Below, piece after piece: positions 37,554-51,206 of a stretch of DNA of 64,000 nucleotides. A model generated the notes under the pieces. The model saw nothing but the letters and a program-made list of their open reading frames with translations. It was not told the DNA's origin and made no database searches. The position numbers and the translations under genes were made by a program. The number at the start of each line of letters is the position of its first letter. The first letter of the stretch is position 1. The DNA comes from Kondoa subrosea. Its lineage: Eukaryota. The DNA lies in the NCBI GenBank assembly GCA_039545335.1, contig BCIN01000001.1:2793136-2857135 (forward strand). Direction: 5' to 3'.

Positions 37554-40500
37554 ATGACTTTGTCTGCTTTGGCTCGACAAATCGCACCTCTATCAACTGC
37601 TTTGGACAATCTGGCCAAAGCTGCTACTCCTGAAGATATCCTACGTGCACTGAAAGCTGTTCGGAACCTTTGTGTTGGCAACAGAATCCGCAAGTTGGCG
37701 TTATGCGGGGAAGCTCGTCTGCACAAGTATGTCTTTACCATCGCATTCACGTCCGCGGAACTCATATGGCTGATCAGCTTGCTTACTCTGATCAACTACT
37801 ATGACAAGACTGAAGCCGAGACGAGTGGTAGAGTTCAGCTTGAGGCCATTTCCATTTTTGGTATCATCGCTATTCGTACGTGTCTGCATATCCAACCTCG
37901 GAGTTTTGTTCTGAGCAGATATTCTAGCTGAAGAGAAAGCTATTACTTCACTCTTGGTTGCTAAAGTGCCAGAGATACTATGGACCAAACTCCAGAAATC
38001 ACCACCTCAAGCAAATGACCTCGCATCTGAAGTTCAAGTAGCTCTCTGGTTTGCTTTAATCAAGACGATTCGAACGCTTTATGATTGTATAAGTCAATTG
38101 GAAGGACCCAAGATTTGGTCTGTCGAACTCTTGTTTGAACCAATGAAAGCTCTTCACCGTCGAACTCATGAATACTCCACTGGAATCTCTATGGATATGG
38201 ATGGCGAAGAACCTGCACTGAAGAATTTGGCTCATAAAGCACATGCTTTGGCTCCATCGGTTAGCTTACCATACATCACATATAAACCAATGCTGATTTG
38301 CTTGATAGAAGGAAAACTTGGCCGCACTTCTGTCCCTGTTATCTATTATCCCTACAGTCATCTCAACAGAAGAAGCTGTTAGAGATATAGATTTGGATCT
38401 AGCTACTGTCACTTGTCTCTTCCTCTCTAACTATATTCGTACTGGAGAAACGCGAACAATCTTCACCGAATATGAACTACCATGTCGATCAGCTAGTCCT
38501 CCCTTTCTGGTCGCTTTATTGGGTTTATTGGATTATTCTGTGGAAGCAAATTCACCCAGAGGAAGTAAATTGAAGACTGCGGTTTGTGAAGCTATTACTG
38601 CTTTAGTCAAAGGAAGCGGAGAAGTGGCCAGCAGGGTTCAAACTGCTCTCAGTGCGTGCTTTGGATGATTGTCAGTATGGTCACTGATGATCTGATTTTG
38701 GCGGTCGTACAGCTCGTAAGAACGCTTTGGTGGTGGATGTGATTTGTTCTTTAGCCAGAGAGAAAGATTCAAGCTTGTCCTTGGCCGCTTCAGCTTGGTC
38801 GGTCGAGCGGTCTGCATTCAGTTTCACTTACTGATATCTGTGGGCGCATTGGAACGACAGTGTTATCACCCTGTTCAAAGCTATGGTCATCGAGCCGGAA
38901 CCTCTTGTGCTTCATCTCTTGCGATCAGAACAGATCAAACCCATTATGGGCGTTTTGTTGCGTTTATTGCAAGATGAGCAGGAGATCGCCACTTTGGCCG
39001 CATATAATCTAGGTCAGTCTGTGCGAATGTTCTCTGCACTATATGAGTGTTAAAGAAATCGTAATTGACTGACAGCTTATTTGGTCACTGACGATCATGA
39101 GTTACAAGAAGTCGCTTGCGACATGGGCGCTTTACCTATGCTTCAAGGTTTACTCAAGAAAAGTCTGAAAGCTATTGAAGAACCTTACGTAGCTAGAGAG
39201 AAGCTTCAAGCTCTAGCCTCCTTCCGTGAAGTAAGCTTGAATGCTGTGAAATTCTGTAAGAAGCTGATATTCGACATCCGACAGAGCATTTTATTGGCTG
39301 TAGCTGCTTTATTGCAAACTCAAGAACGACTACGCAAATTGGTGGTCGACGCTGATCTCTTACCTTTGATCGTTCAATGCCTCAGCGATCAAGCTTCAGA
39401 AGTCAGAGCAGCAGCTTGTCAATGCGCTAGAGGTCTTTCTCGCTCGCTCAACGTCTTACGATCTCATCTTGTCGATGCGGGCGCTGCTGGACCACTTATT
39501 GACTTGTTGGATGAGAAAGAAGACGTCGTTTTGCAAACTTCGGCAGCTTCCACTTGTGCCAACTTGCTCATTGAGTATAGTCCAATGAAAGAGGTGATCT
39601 CTATTCTTCAGTACCATCACTGGAGAATGACCTGCTAATCTGTTATCTGGGAATAGGCTCTGATTACCAGAAACGCTTTACCTCGGATTGTTGAACTTAC
39701 CAAATCAACCGATACTTGGCTCAGAACGGCTGCTTTGTTTGCGATCAAGAATTTGACTTGCTGGAGTACAAGCGAACTGAAAGAATTGCTCATGCAAAAC
39801 TTGAGCCATGATCATTTACATCAGTATGTGTTTTTGTTCTGTTCGCATCACATATACTCATTTATGAATCAGTCTATGCCGAGACTCGGATGAAGATACT
39901 CAAATCCAGTCACTCGGTGTAATTCGTAACCTGTATGTCACGAGGACTTTCAGCATTTTATTGTCTTATTGACTAAAGCATTCCATGTTAGTGCTTCAAC
40001 CAAGGTTGAGGATATTGAAGCCATACTGGATGGTATTGGAGAAGCGAGAATGATGCAATTACTTGAAGACAAGCTTTGCAGTCCACTTGACGAAGTTGTG
40101 CTTCAGGTCGGTCAAACTTTTTCCGCGAAAGTCTCGAGGCTGACATCGCACCGTTAGACGCTCTTCATTGTGCTAAACTCTGCTGCCAGCAAGCGATGCC
40201 ACGCGTTGCTGCTATCGAGAGGTGGCATTACGAGAGCTCTGTTATCGCATCTTGTAAGTTGCCGCAATTTCATCTTACCGCGACGCTGACATATCCTTAC
40301 GATGTAGAGCCATTCTAGAGCCGATATTCGAGTAGCTAGCGTCCGAGCAGTCAAGAACTTGGCAGCCCGTGAGCCAAACCAGCAACGTCAGTCTCTGTTA
40401 TTTGATAGCTCAGAGCAAAAGGCTAAGTAAGCCTCTATACAGTGAAGAACGACAATGCTCTGCGATTGCGAGCGTTAGGATTTGAGAGTAGATTGAGAGG

Positions 40501-40639
40501 ATTGAAGGAAGACCCCATACTTGACGTGCGCGAACATGTGAGTCTCATTTCTAATCCTCGGATTGCCTGCATATTGACTGGATGTTTCATAGGTCCGGCT
40601 TGCTCTGGACATGTTCGCGCAGTCAGACTTTCGAAGTAA
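37554..40639 (+). CDS. Armadillo-repeat protein, ARMC8/Vid28 (GID/CTLH complex)-like
   Basis: N-terminal ILRALKAVRNLCVGNRIRK; ARM repeats VRAAACQCARGLSRSLNVLRSHLVDAG and ANLLIEYSPMKE; C-terminal LKEDPILDVREHVRLAL. Confidence 0.8.
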
Positions 40640-41093
40640 TTCTTCGTAAATGTGGTAAAGTCAAGATGATGAGATGGTTGGTATGCTAGTCGAATGTGTA
40701 ATTATCAATATGGGCAGTCATCGATGTATAAGGTATGCAATTGCGTAGGCGTTTAGGCAGCTAAGTCTAGAGGTGTTCTTTCTGCTGTCTCTTTCCTTTC
40801 TCCTATCTATTCTTCCCTGGCCTAAGCTTCTTTCGTCTTAATTTCAGTGATAGTCTCTATCGTGTTCTCTTCTCAGAATCTCAGATTGGCCTGCTGTGTC
40901 ATTCAGGTCGAATTGGTCATCTGTAGTCAGCAATAACTTGCAAGACTTAGACCAGTACTGAGTACCCTTACCTGATCGTCTAGTATTACCTTCACCTCAT
41001 GACAGTTTCGCGCGGACAAGGACATTCTATGAGTTTACTCGATAAGCTCGCATTGCAACTATGTGTACTGTCCGATCAGATAATGTCTGCACT

Positions 41094-41776
41094 CTATGCG
41101 CGTCCATGACCTAAACAAGCTGGACAAGCCGCCATGTGCTCACGCATCGCATTCATGCCATCCCTTGTATTAGGCTGTACATGATAGCAACCGAGACCAG
41201 GACATTGCTCAGTCCGACCGGTTGTCGAAATTTGGGGATTAGATGTAGGGCCGACAGAAGGACGATCAACGCGGAACTGGTCATTGCGAGAAGCCAGAAC
41301 AATTCGCGATCCCGTTGTACGTTGAAGATTCTGAGAGCGATTTGGCAAAGGCAATATTTCCGGAGTATCGGGCTTAGTCGAGAACCATGCAGCACCTTTG
41401 AAAATGTCTTCAGGCCACAGCTGACGATGATGGTCCGCTGCAGATTTCGGGCCAGGAGACAGTACGGCTGGCTGACCAGTCACAGCGAGGCGGGGTAAGG
41501 AAGAAGTGATTCCTAGTGACTGACCAACGGGCCGAAGATCAAGCTGATTGCCAACTGGTCGAATAGCTGCTGCCGCTGCTGCTGCCTGCGCGCCATACAA
41601 TGCCCGTTCCTCCTCTTCACGTTGAATCTTCCTTGCTAGCGTATCGAATGCGGCTTGGGCTGTGTTCTGAGCTGATTCTCTATTTCTATGGCTGCCCTTG
41701 CCCGGTTGGCCTAGAAGATGCTCAGCCAGTGTCTGATCTGATTTATAAGTTTACCTGGACCTCCGTCTAGATTCAT
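41094..41776 (-). CDS. Hypothetical protein with C-terminal Cys/His cluster
   Basis: Short first exon MNLDGGP, an intron, then an open frame ending CPGLGCYH...REHMAACPACLGHGRA*. Confidence 0.5.
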
Positions 41777-42275
41777 GCTGAAAAATTGAGAGGTTGCTGA
41801 CAAGGGTCAAGGAGAAATCGATTCTTCTCATCAATTTTAACCCCTTTGTTGTAACTAAAAGTAGGAATAGAGAGTCATAAGTAGACTGGATCTGTGAGTC
41901 GTGGGATGGACAACAGACAGATATATGCAGCAGAATGCAGATCAAGACAAAGAGGAGAGCGGCATCTGTACAAGGTTGAGCACCGAGATGCAGCTGTTAT
42001 TGCAGAGCCTTTCTTTGAAGAGAAAAGATAGCGTCGGATGATGTAAGAGAAGGGAAAGAAACGTTGAAAGCCTATTCAGATTTAGATACCTTCAGCCGCA
42101 TAGTAAAGGAAGGCGATGCTTGCTGGAACCCAGTTATGAAGCTGTTAATGGATAGTACCCTGTGAATTCGCAGCAAGACAGTTCCTTCCCAGGCATGCAC
42201 TGACCCGACAACACAAATGAATCATCGATCAGATGTTGTCAATGGAAGTTGTTCAGAAACGAAAATCTCGATAAA

Positions 42276-42632
42276 ATGAGCGACAAGGGCAAACAGAGAG
42301 CTGCAGATCAATCAGGAGAACAGAAAGAAAGTCGTCCGCGTGAGTCTCCAGCACTTCTGCATGGCCGCAACTGAACAGCTTGCAGCGTCTCAACAGCGGT
42401 CGGAAAGCTCTCACACGGCTAAGGATGATTCAGAAGAAGCTGTATGTGCTTTCATTGTGCTTTCAGATCGCACTCATGCAGCAAGCAGTCCCAATCTCCA
42501 GCCAAGCGAAGCTTCCCTCAAGAAGTAGCACAGGAACCGAAACCTATCAGACCTATCGTGTCTGCTGATTATAGTCTGCACACTACATTTGAGCGACGCG
42601 ATGAAGAGCTGTACAATTTGTGGGTCGGTTGA
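42276..42632 (+). CDS. Small (~87 aa) three-exon hypothetical protein
   Basis: AAAATG start and canonical GTGAGT/GTATGT donors with CAG acceptors give MSDKGKQRAADQ...DYSLHTTFERRDEELYNLWVG*. Confidence 0.45.
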
Positions 42633-43089
42633 GCAATGCGGTGAGGTTGTCAAACGAGTGGGAAGAGCATGTAAAGATATGTACAGTATGGACTTCCTTC
42701 TCTCTGTCTTCTCTCTTCTGCATGCTTTTTCCATCTTTCACTTTCTTTCTGACTCTCGCATGCGTCTTTAGGGCGATGAACTGATGAACTTGAACGATTA
42801 TGCTTGAGGTAATACTTCTCACGTCGTGTTGCAACGTCTTGTCGCTGCTCTCTTTTGCTATATCTGCGTCTACATTCTGCTTGCTGAGCGTCTGATGCCT
42901 TGACAGGCAACCTCCCAAACACAAATCTTCCCTCCGATTGACTCGAAAGCAGGTTTTAGTCACAGATATTAGACATGCAATGTAGATAGTATGAGCCACA
43001 GTTTTGATACGGATGCAGTCACTTTCGCGCTACATGCAATGAGGGGGAAAATGACAGCTTGTTATCTCGACCTATCACGACCAACAATC

Positions 43090-44794
43090 ATGGTTCTCGC
43101 AGGATTATCAGCAACAGCTAAAGGATCTCTAGTACGAGCAGCAGCACGTAGATCACTCCAAGTCAGCTTCCATCACCATTTCATGCAATCCCTTTGAAAT
43201 GTTAATACTTTGTGTGTTTTGGCTTAACAGGCTTCAGCTTCTAGACATGCCAGTGAAGTGGGTGTAGGACAAGGATTTGTTGGACGTAAGAACAGTCAGG
43301 TCAGTCATCCTGCTGCTCCAGGGCTTTCATGAAACACAGCCCTTATATATTTCAATGCAATAGGGCGATTTTCATGTTACTCTGATACGTGAGTCTCGTA
43401 CACTGTTCTTCAGATGAGTGCAATCATTAACAGTCAGAGGCTGACAGCGGGAGATGGTACGTACTGAATTCAGCATGCAATACATCTCTACACAACTAAT
43501 TTCAACATATAAACGCAGGTATTGGACCTGAAATAGCAGAATCAGTCAAAGATATCTACAAAGCAGCTAAAGTACCAATAGAATGGGAAGAAGTAGACGT
43601 CACTCCTTCTTTAGTTGAAGGCAAATCCACTCTCCCACCTTTATCTGTTGAATCAATCAAGAAGAACACCATTGCTCTCAAAGGACCTTTAGCAACACCT
43701 GTTGGGAAGGGACATGTTTCTATGAATTTGACGCTAAGAAGAACGTTTGGTCTCTTCGCTAATGTTAGACCATGTCGGTCTATTGAAGGATTCAAGACCC
43801 CTTACGATAATGTCAATTCAGTCTTGATTCGAGAAAACACAGAGGGAGAATACTCTGGTATTGAACATGAGGTTAGTTTCACCGCAAAGGACAAAAATAT
43901 GGTCGCTGATCTATAACTGAATAGATCATTCCTGGCGTCGTACAATCGATCAAACTCATCACTTATGAAGCATCTGAACGAGTGGCTCGGTATGCATTCG
44001 AATATGCTCGGGATTCCGATCGCAAACATGTTACCGCTGTACACAAAGCACCTATCATGTGCGTCTAACCAAGCTCAACAAAATCTTTACGAGACTTATG
44101 TTTTGTTGGTCGAGCACAGGCGAATGTCAGATGGCATGTTCTTGACAGCTTGCCGAAAAGTAAAGGACGAATTCCCCGAAATCAAGTACGACGAAGATTT
44201 GCTCGACCGAGTTTGTTTACGTATGGTAACCAACCCTGATCCTTATTCTACAAGAGTAATGGTTATGCCTAATCTTTATGGAGATATCTTATCGGATTTG
44301 AGCGCTGGTTTGATTGGTGGATTGGGTTTAACGCCTTCGGGAAATATTGGAAGTGATGCTAGTATCTTTGAAGCCGTTCATGGAAGTGCTCCAGATATTG
44401 CGTAAGCTTCTTGTTCTTATCTGGAAAAGTCTAGACATTAGCTAATGTTGGCTAAATTATTCAATTCAGTGGTCAAGGCAAAGCTAACCCTACTGCTTTG
44501 CTTTTATCTTCAATCATGATGTTGAGACATATGGGTCTGCATGAAAAGGCAGCTCAGATTGAGAAAGCTATCCTAAGCGTAAGTTTTCGTTTGCGTTGTA
44601 TGAGAATTCGAGAGGCTGTGCTAATCTTATCATTTATCCGCGATAGACTATTGCTGAAGGAACTTCAATCACGGGTGATCTAGGAGGAAAAGCTTCTACT
44701 ACGTGAGCATTGTCTTCTTCCTGCTAGCAGCATAGTTGTGGGCTAAGGTTATGATCACAGCGAATTCACATCTGCTGTTATGGCTGCTTTGTAA
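43090..44794 (+). CDS. IDH2: Mitochondrial NAD-dependent isocitrate dehydrogenase, catalytic subunit
   Basis: [35 protein letters not shown] (metal-binding Asp residues present), [13 protein letters not shown]. Confidence 0.95.
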
Positions 44795-44937
44795 GGATTC
44801 TAACAAGCGATTGCAAGGGTGAATAGAAATGCACAGTATCATGAATCATGTATCTTCCGTCGATAAAGTGACTAATTTACGAGTGCTTGACTTTCGCTCA
44901 TCTTCTTGCGCGCATCGCTTGACCAAATACCAAAATC

Positions 44938-46819
44938 ATGTCTTCGCTTTCCAAGCTCACTAGAGCGTCTACAATCCTCAGACCAGCAGTACGCTCATCA
45001 TTTGATTACAAAACAACAGATCACAGCAGCGAGCTGACTTTATCTGTATTTGCTTCCTCCAAAGGTTAATGCTACTGCTCGGTCTGCCTCTTCTCTAGGC
45101 ATGGCAGTACCCAATCTATCTGCCAAACAACCTCTGTATGCTGCACTATCATTCAATTGTTTGATCTGGCTGAAATTGCTGTTGATAGCAAATACGGAGG
45201 TGGTCAGTTGCATTCTTTCCCCATCCTACGGCTGGTATAGAAAAGCTGAAGGATCATTTCTGTTTATTCAGTCTACTCTGTAACACTGATACCTGGGTTC
45301 GTGCTATTGCCCTTTAATCCAAAGTCATATCTTCTGACTTTCGTTGACAGAGATGGTATTGGTAAAGAACTTGCAGAGTCTGTCAAAGAAGTCTTCACCG
45401 CCGCAAACGTACCAGTAGAATGTCAGTATTTGGATCATTTGACATCAATCTCGCATTGATTTGGATGATCTAATAACTGACAGTCGAGGAATTCAAGATT
45501 TCTGGAGAAACTTCTGCAGATGAAGGAGAGTTCAGAAAGTCGATAGTCAGGTTAGTTATCGCATGAAGAACTCGGAAGCAATATCTGATAGCTCATGCAT
45601 AGTTTACGGCGAAAGTAAGCGCATCACGCTTTACCTGGGCATGTCACTCATTTATAAAACAGCAAAGTCGGTCTCAAGGGTGACTTAATTTCCTGGTGCG
45701 ACTTACCATGATGCTCATAAACAAGTCAAACAGGAATTCTTTATACGCCAGAAACCGGTCATCCGTCTTGGAATGTAGCAATGCGCAAAGAACTAGATAT
45801 CTACGCCTCAGTAGTCTTATGCAAATCCATTGAAGGCGCACCAACTCGTCACGAAAACGTGGATTTCGCAATCATTCGTGAAAACACTGAAGGTGAATAT
45901 TCTGGCTTGGAACATTCACCCGTACCTGGTGTAGTGGAAAGTTTGAAGATCATGACTGCTTACAAGTGTGAACGGATCGCAAGATTTGCTTTTGATTACG
46001 CTCTCAAGAACAATAGAAAGGTTTGTTTCTATCTTTAGAGCCCTCAAAGGCTTCCTTGCTCAGAGAGAAAGATATAGAGGGTCACTTGCGTACACAAAGC
46101 AAACATTATGAAGCTTGGTGATGGTCTTTTCCTCAACACTTGCAGGAGGGTTGCGGAAGAATACAGAGATCTAGGCATTGGTTTCCAGGACATGATTGTT
46201 GACAATACGTAGGCATTGATGTCAATATTAAGATCGCTTAGATCTGAGTTGACAACGATTTACAGATCTATGCAATTGGTCGCCAAGCCACAACAATTTG
46301 ATGTGTTGGTCATGCCAAACTTGTCAGCTCTCTCATTCTCCGCATTCTCTGCTGAACCATGTTGCTGACATGATGTGCAGGTATGGATCTATCATCTCCA
46401 ACATCGGTGCAGCTTTGGTTGGCGGTCCAGGAGTTGTACCTGGCGCCAATTTGGGTCGTGATTTCGCTCTCTTCGAACCTGGATGCCGTCATGTCGCTTT
46501 AGATATCATGGTCCGTTATGCTCGGCTAACGTAGCGTATCATTCGCTCAGCTCACTTCATCTGCAGGGACAAGACGTCGCCAATCCAGCTGCAATGCTTC
46601 TTTCGGCAACAATGATGCTTCGACATCTCGGTCTGGACTATCACGCGAACTCAATCTCTAACGCTGTGTACAAAGTGATTCGCGACCGTAAAGTACGCAC
46701 AAGAGATATGGGTGGAAATCATCACACTACCGGTCAGTTTCCTCCCTAGTATTTGATAACACGTACCGAAATGTCATGCAGACTTCACCTTTGCTTGCAC
46801 TCGCGCTCTTGGTCAATAG
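44938..46819 (+). CDS. IDH1: Mitochondrial NAD-dependent isocitrate dehydrogenase, regulatory subunit
   Basis: [48 protein letters not shown] (catalytic Asp residues absent), [12 protein letters not shown]. Confidence 0.95.
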
Positions 46820-47439
46820 TGCTCGATTCTTGAGGGAATTTTGTATGTATGCCTAGAATCTTTGACGAAAATATGATTACCGTGTTCATGCATAAAATGC
46901 TACTACTATGGGTCTCCTCGCTGCACTAATTTTCGCATGAGATTCCTGAGAGATGATGGTTCGCGTCAAAGCGCGTGTTCAGCTCTTTGTTTCTTTTCAA
47001 CGATGTCGTTAAAGTCGAGGAATGCAAAGTCTGTTGTGCGAAATCTTGAGCTGGACCGGCTCTTCTTTCCAAGTCGGCCAGCTAGTCAAGACAGCTTGTG
47101 TTCTTCCGTGTGTGTTGTGTTGTCAGTTTCTCGCTACCCATTCCACTCTTTTATATATCACATACTCTGTCGTTTTTTTACCGCCTTTTGCACGCACGCA
47201 AGACGCCCACAAGGCATCCACATTCATTTCCTAATCCATAATATCACAAGGACAAGCTATATCCACAAAATTTAGCAAGAGTTGCAGCAAGTCCGAAGCT
47301 TTCAAGGGAGAGCTGAAAGGTTACTAGAGGACGCGTTCATTTCTCTATATCACAACTACTTCAGGTAGGTTGTGATCAAGGAAGATCATTGTCTTTGCGG
47401 ATGCTGAAATGGCATCGAGAATAGCTACTCTGGAAAGCA

Positions 47440-50400
47440 ATGACTTCAGCAAGCTTATACGCTCTCTATTTCTTTCTCGCAACTACTCTCTGTTTGGCCC
47501 AACGTACCGGAACTCGTCTCATCAATGGCCTACAAGATCAAAGACCGCCTGTGGCCCGAGTCAATCAACTTTGGACTTTCGTGCTGTTGACAGACACTTT
47601 TCGCGCTACTTCGACTGGTTCGACTTTATCTTATGCCGCGTCTGGATTACCCTCTTGGGCTTCTTTCGATGCTGCTTCTCTCACTCTTTCCGGAACTCCC
47701 TCTGCAAGTGATGTTGGTGACAATTTCGTTACAATTACAGCTACTTCAACAGACGGATCTTCTGGGCAAGATGGCTTCGACTTGCTGGTCTCGTCTGAAG
47801 CAGCGCCAACATTGGCTATCTCAGTCGAAGATCAGCTTCACAACTCAACAACATTACCTACGGGATGTGTCTTGCATCACAACGGTGCTCTGAGAGTACC
47901 ACCTACCTGGTCTTTCAGCATCGATTTCCAGACTGGTACCTATGTCTCTCCAGATGGCTCCCTTATCTATTACACTGCATATCAGTCTGGCACTACTCGT
48001 CTTCCTTCCTGGCTGAAGTACGATAACACAACAAACACTTTTGATGGCGTTGCTCCTTCAGCCGATTCTTACACTTTTACGCTCTTTGGTAGCGATCACT
48101 ACGGTTATGGCGATATTAGGCAAAATTTCACCATTCAGATGGATGCACATAAATTCGACATGCTGTCAACTTTGCCTACCCTAAATGCGACAGTCGGCGC
48201 GATAGTCAATTACACGGTTCCCATTAGTAGCTTTATCATTGATGAAATTCCCGTAACGCCTTCAAACATTACAGCGCAACCTGATCTGTCTCAATTTCCA
48301 TACCTTTCTTACTCGGCGTCTGAAATGCTCATTTCTGGTAATGTTCCCGCCAATACACCAAGCGCAAGCAACATGTCTATTCCGATCACTTTCTTCTCTT
48401 CTTACGGCCAACAAATCCTAACAACCATTCAAGTGAATTTGCAACCAACTTTATTCTCCGTTGCAACGCTTCCTGCAATCTTGGTCAAACCTGGGCAATC
48501 CTTTGATGCCGATCTGTCCAGCTACCTTGGCAGCACAACAGCAAAAGTAGATGCCACATTCAATCCTGCAAGCGCTTCAAGTTGGATCCAGGTTTCTTCT
48601 CCTCCCTTCTTAGTGAATGGAACAGCTCCAGAGAATTTCTCACCATCTGACAATGTTACGATCAGCTTAAGAGCAACTGAACCTTCCACCGGTGCATCAT
48701 CCACTTCTTCCGTCGTTGTAGCTTATGGTGAAGATTTGGCCGGTCAAAAACCTGGTGGGAGTGTTGATGCAAAAGATAAAAGCGGCGGCGGCCTGTCCAA
48801 CAAAGCCAAAATTGCATTAGCTACTGTTTTTGGTCTGGCTGGAGCAATTCTCCTTGCTTTACTACTCTTTTGTTGTTGTCGAAAACAGAAGCGCAGACAG
48901 AAGGAAGATCAAGCTGTCTTGGCAGCGCAACAAAAAGAGAGGGAGAAGAATGCAGCTCTGCATGGAGAAGACGAGGAAGATGATGGGAATGGTTTCACTG
49001 CAGCTCAGAAACAAAAGAATCGAGCTATCAGCGATGAACACCTTGACGATCTCGCTGCTGTCTATACCGGTAGAAAGATTGGTTCAGCTGCTTCTATGCA
49101 ACGTTCAGCTTCAGGTCAAACTAATGTCAGCTCAGTCAAACCAAAACGATTCAATATGTTCCAAATGCTGCGCGGGAAGAGTAACACTGGATCAATGCAA
49201 AGTGGGTTGGCTTCATCTACCAGTCTACAAGGCGCAGCGATTTCCCGACCCGTAATGCAAAACGATTCACATGATGTGGTTATTATGGAGGAAGAGGAAG
49301 GAAACACATATGATGCTGCAGCAGGAAGCGATGCTGGTTCAGATGAACTAGATACTTCTTCCTGGGGAAGTAAAGGGTCTTCTTCGCTATTCTATTCCGA
49401 CGATGGCACGCCAACTGGAGGTCAATCAGTGAGCGGCACGCCTCGGTCAGCTCCTCGCCAGCGAAGGGATTTTGCAAGACAGCCCACTTCTACCAGCGTC
49501 CGACAAGCCAATGGCGCTCCTCTGCCTTCTCCTATCCCTTTCCCTCTGCCAGCAGCTATCCGAATGCATCACTCGGACTCTCAGGCTTCAAACCTGCGAT
49601 CAGATACTTCCTCTATCTTGTCGAAGACGGATGCTCTAAAAGCTGTAGCTCGAGCAAGTGTTCAGAAAATTAAGGGAGTACGAGACTCGAAGGATTCCAA
49701 ATTCACCACTGGTTCTCGAACGACAGCAACTCCTCGCTTGATCGCCTTTACGTCAGAACGATCAGTGCCAGAATCTCGAGAACAGACTTCGCGGACTGTT
49801 TCTGTTCCGCTAGACGAAATGCAAGACGACGAAACGGCAGACGCTCCAGATCCTTTCAGTCGTGATTCGGCTCTTTACATCCCTCCTGATGACGATGCAC
49901 AAACAAGCAGTCCCATCTTCTTTTCTACACCCAATACATGGACTTCGCCTGCACTCAGTTCATCGACCACATCAGCAGCTTCTGGCGTTTTCCCTCCTGT
50001 TCTACCAGCACCTGCAATTCGAGCTGTAAAGAGCTCAGCTCCGATCTCACCTCCAACTTCCCCTACAAAAGCAAACCGCTATGTTGGCGGAACAGCAGCT
50101 GCTAATTCTCCGACGAGGAGAGGTCATAATCGAACAGCTACTGCTTCAAGCATGGTAGATCAAGTGAGGGTGCAAGTAGCTGTAGGCGATCCATTCCACT
50201 TCACGTGAGTCTTGTCTTCATACAGCTTTGTTGTCACAAGGCTGATGTTATCGCTTTAGACCTACACTTTGCCCTCCTCCTGCCATGTCGAGTCCAAGTC
50301 GTGTGGGACAGCCAAAGACAACTTACCTGGCTGTAACCGACTATCCTGAACAGCCAAGCAAAGATCGCAAGCCTTTGCCAGATTGGCTGAATTTTGCTGG

Positions 50401-50693
50401 AGGAGAACTCGAATTGTAAGCTCTTTATATTCGCCTGAGCCACGTATCGATACTGAACTCCTCTCTTTAGCTGGGGTATACCGAGAGAAGGAGATCACGG
50501 ATCTGTGGCAGTTCAGATCATTGAGCTGAAAACATCACCTTCTTCGAATCGTCGATTGCAAGAAAGTACTTCAACCAATGGCGATGATGATCAAGAACAA
50601 GTCGTCGGTCGGTTCTTGCTAGTCATCGGTAAGAAAGGTGTCACACGGCATGACGAGAGTCAAGATGGACAGATGAAAGTTGTCACTTTTTGA
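47440..50693 (+). CDS. AXL2: Axl2-like type I membrane protein with dystroglycan-type cadherin-like (He_PIG) repeats
   Basis: Signal peptide; PPVARVNQ; LPSWASFDAASLTLSGTP; LPSWLKYD..TFDGVAP; TM helix IALATVFGLAGAILLALLLFCCC; long disordered cytoplasmic tail. Confidence 0.8.
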
Positions 50694-51206
50694 GGCAATT
50701 AGCATAGATGGACCATAGCAGTGTTAATTCTTCACATAAGAGGGCTGTAAATAGCGTTTAGAGACTGTACATACCTTTACTACTATATACAAAACATCTA
50801 ATGAGACATTGCAGAATCGAGACCTTTCCCTCAAGCGCTTCTGTCTACTCTAATTCAATCTGCGCTCGTTCGTGAATGTGCGCGATTTAAGAAAGGGAAG
50901 GATCTGCGCTGTGAGTCACAAACAGAAGGTGATACTAATCATTGGAAAGACAGAAAGCAAAAACAACTGAGAAAGGCAGCAAAAGAGAACGGAAGAGAGG
51001 GAGAAAGACAGTCGCTGGTTTCATATAGATTTGACAAATTACTAACTACTAAGAGTCGTTGCTTTTCAATTGCAAATATATAGGAGAATTCATATAAGGT
51101 ATATATACACGTTGTTTTGCTAATAATGATGCTCCGTCATGAAAATGATGAAGAAACGAGATTAGGAGATGATGATGATGAGTAGGAGAGATCAAGAGAC
51201 AAGTCT

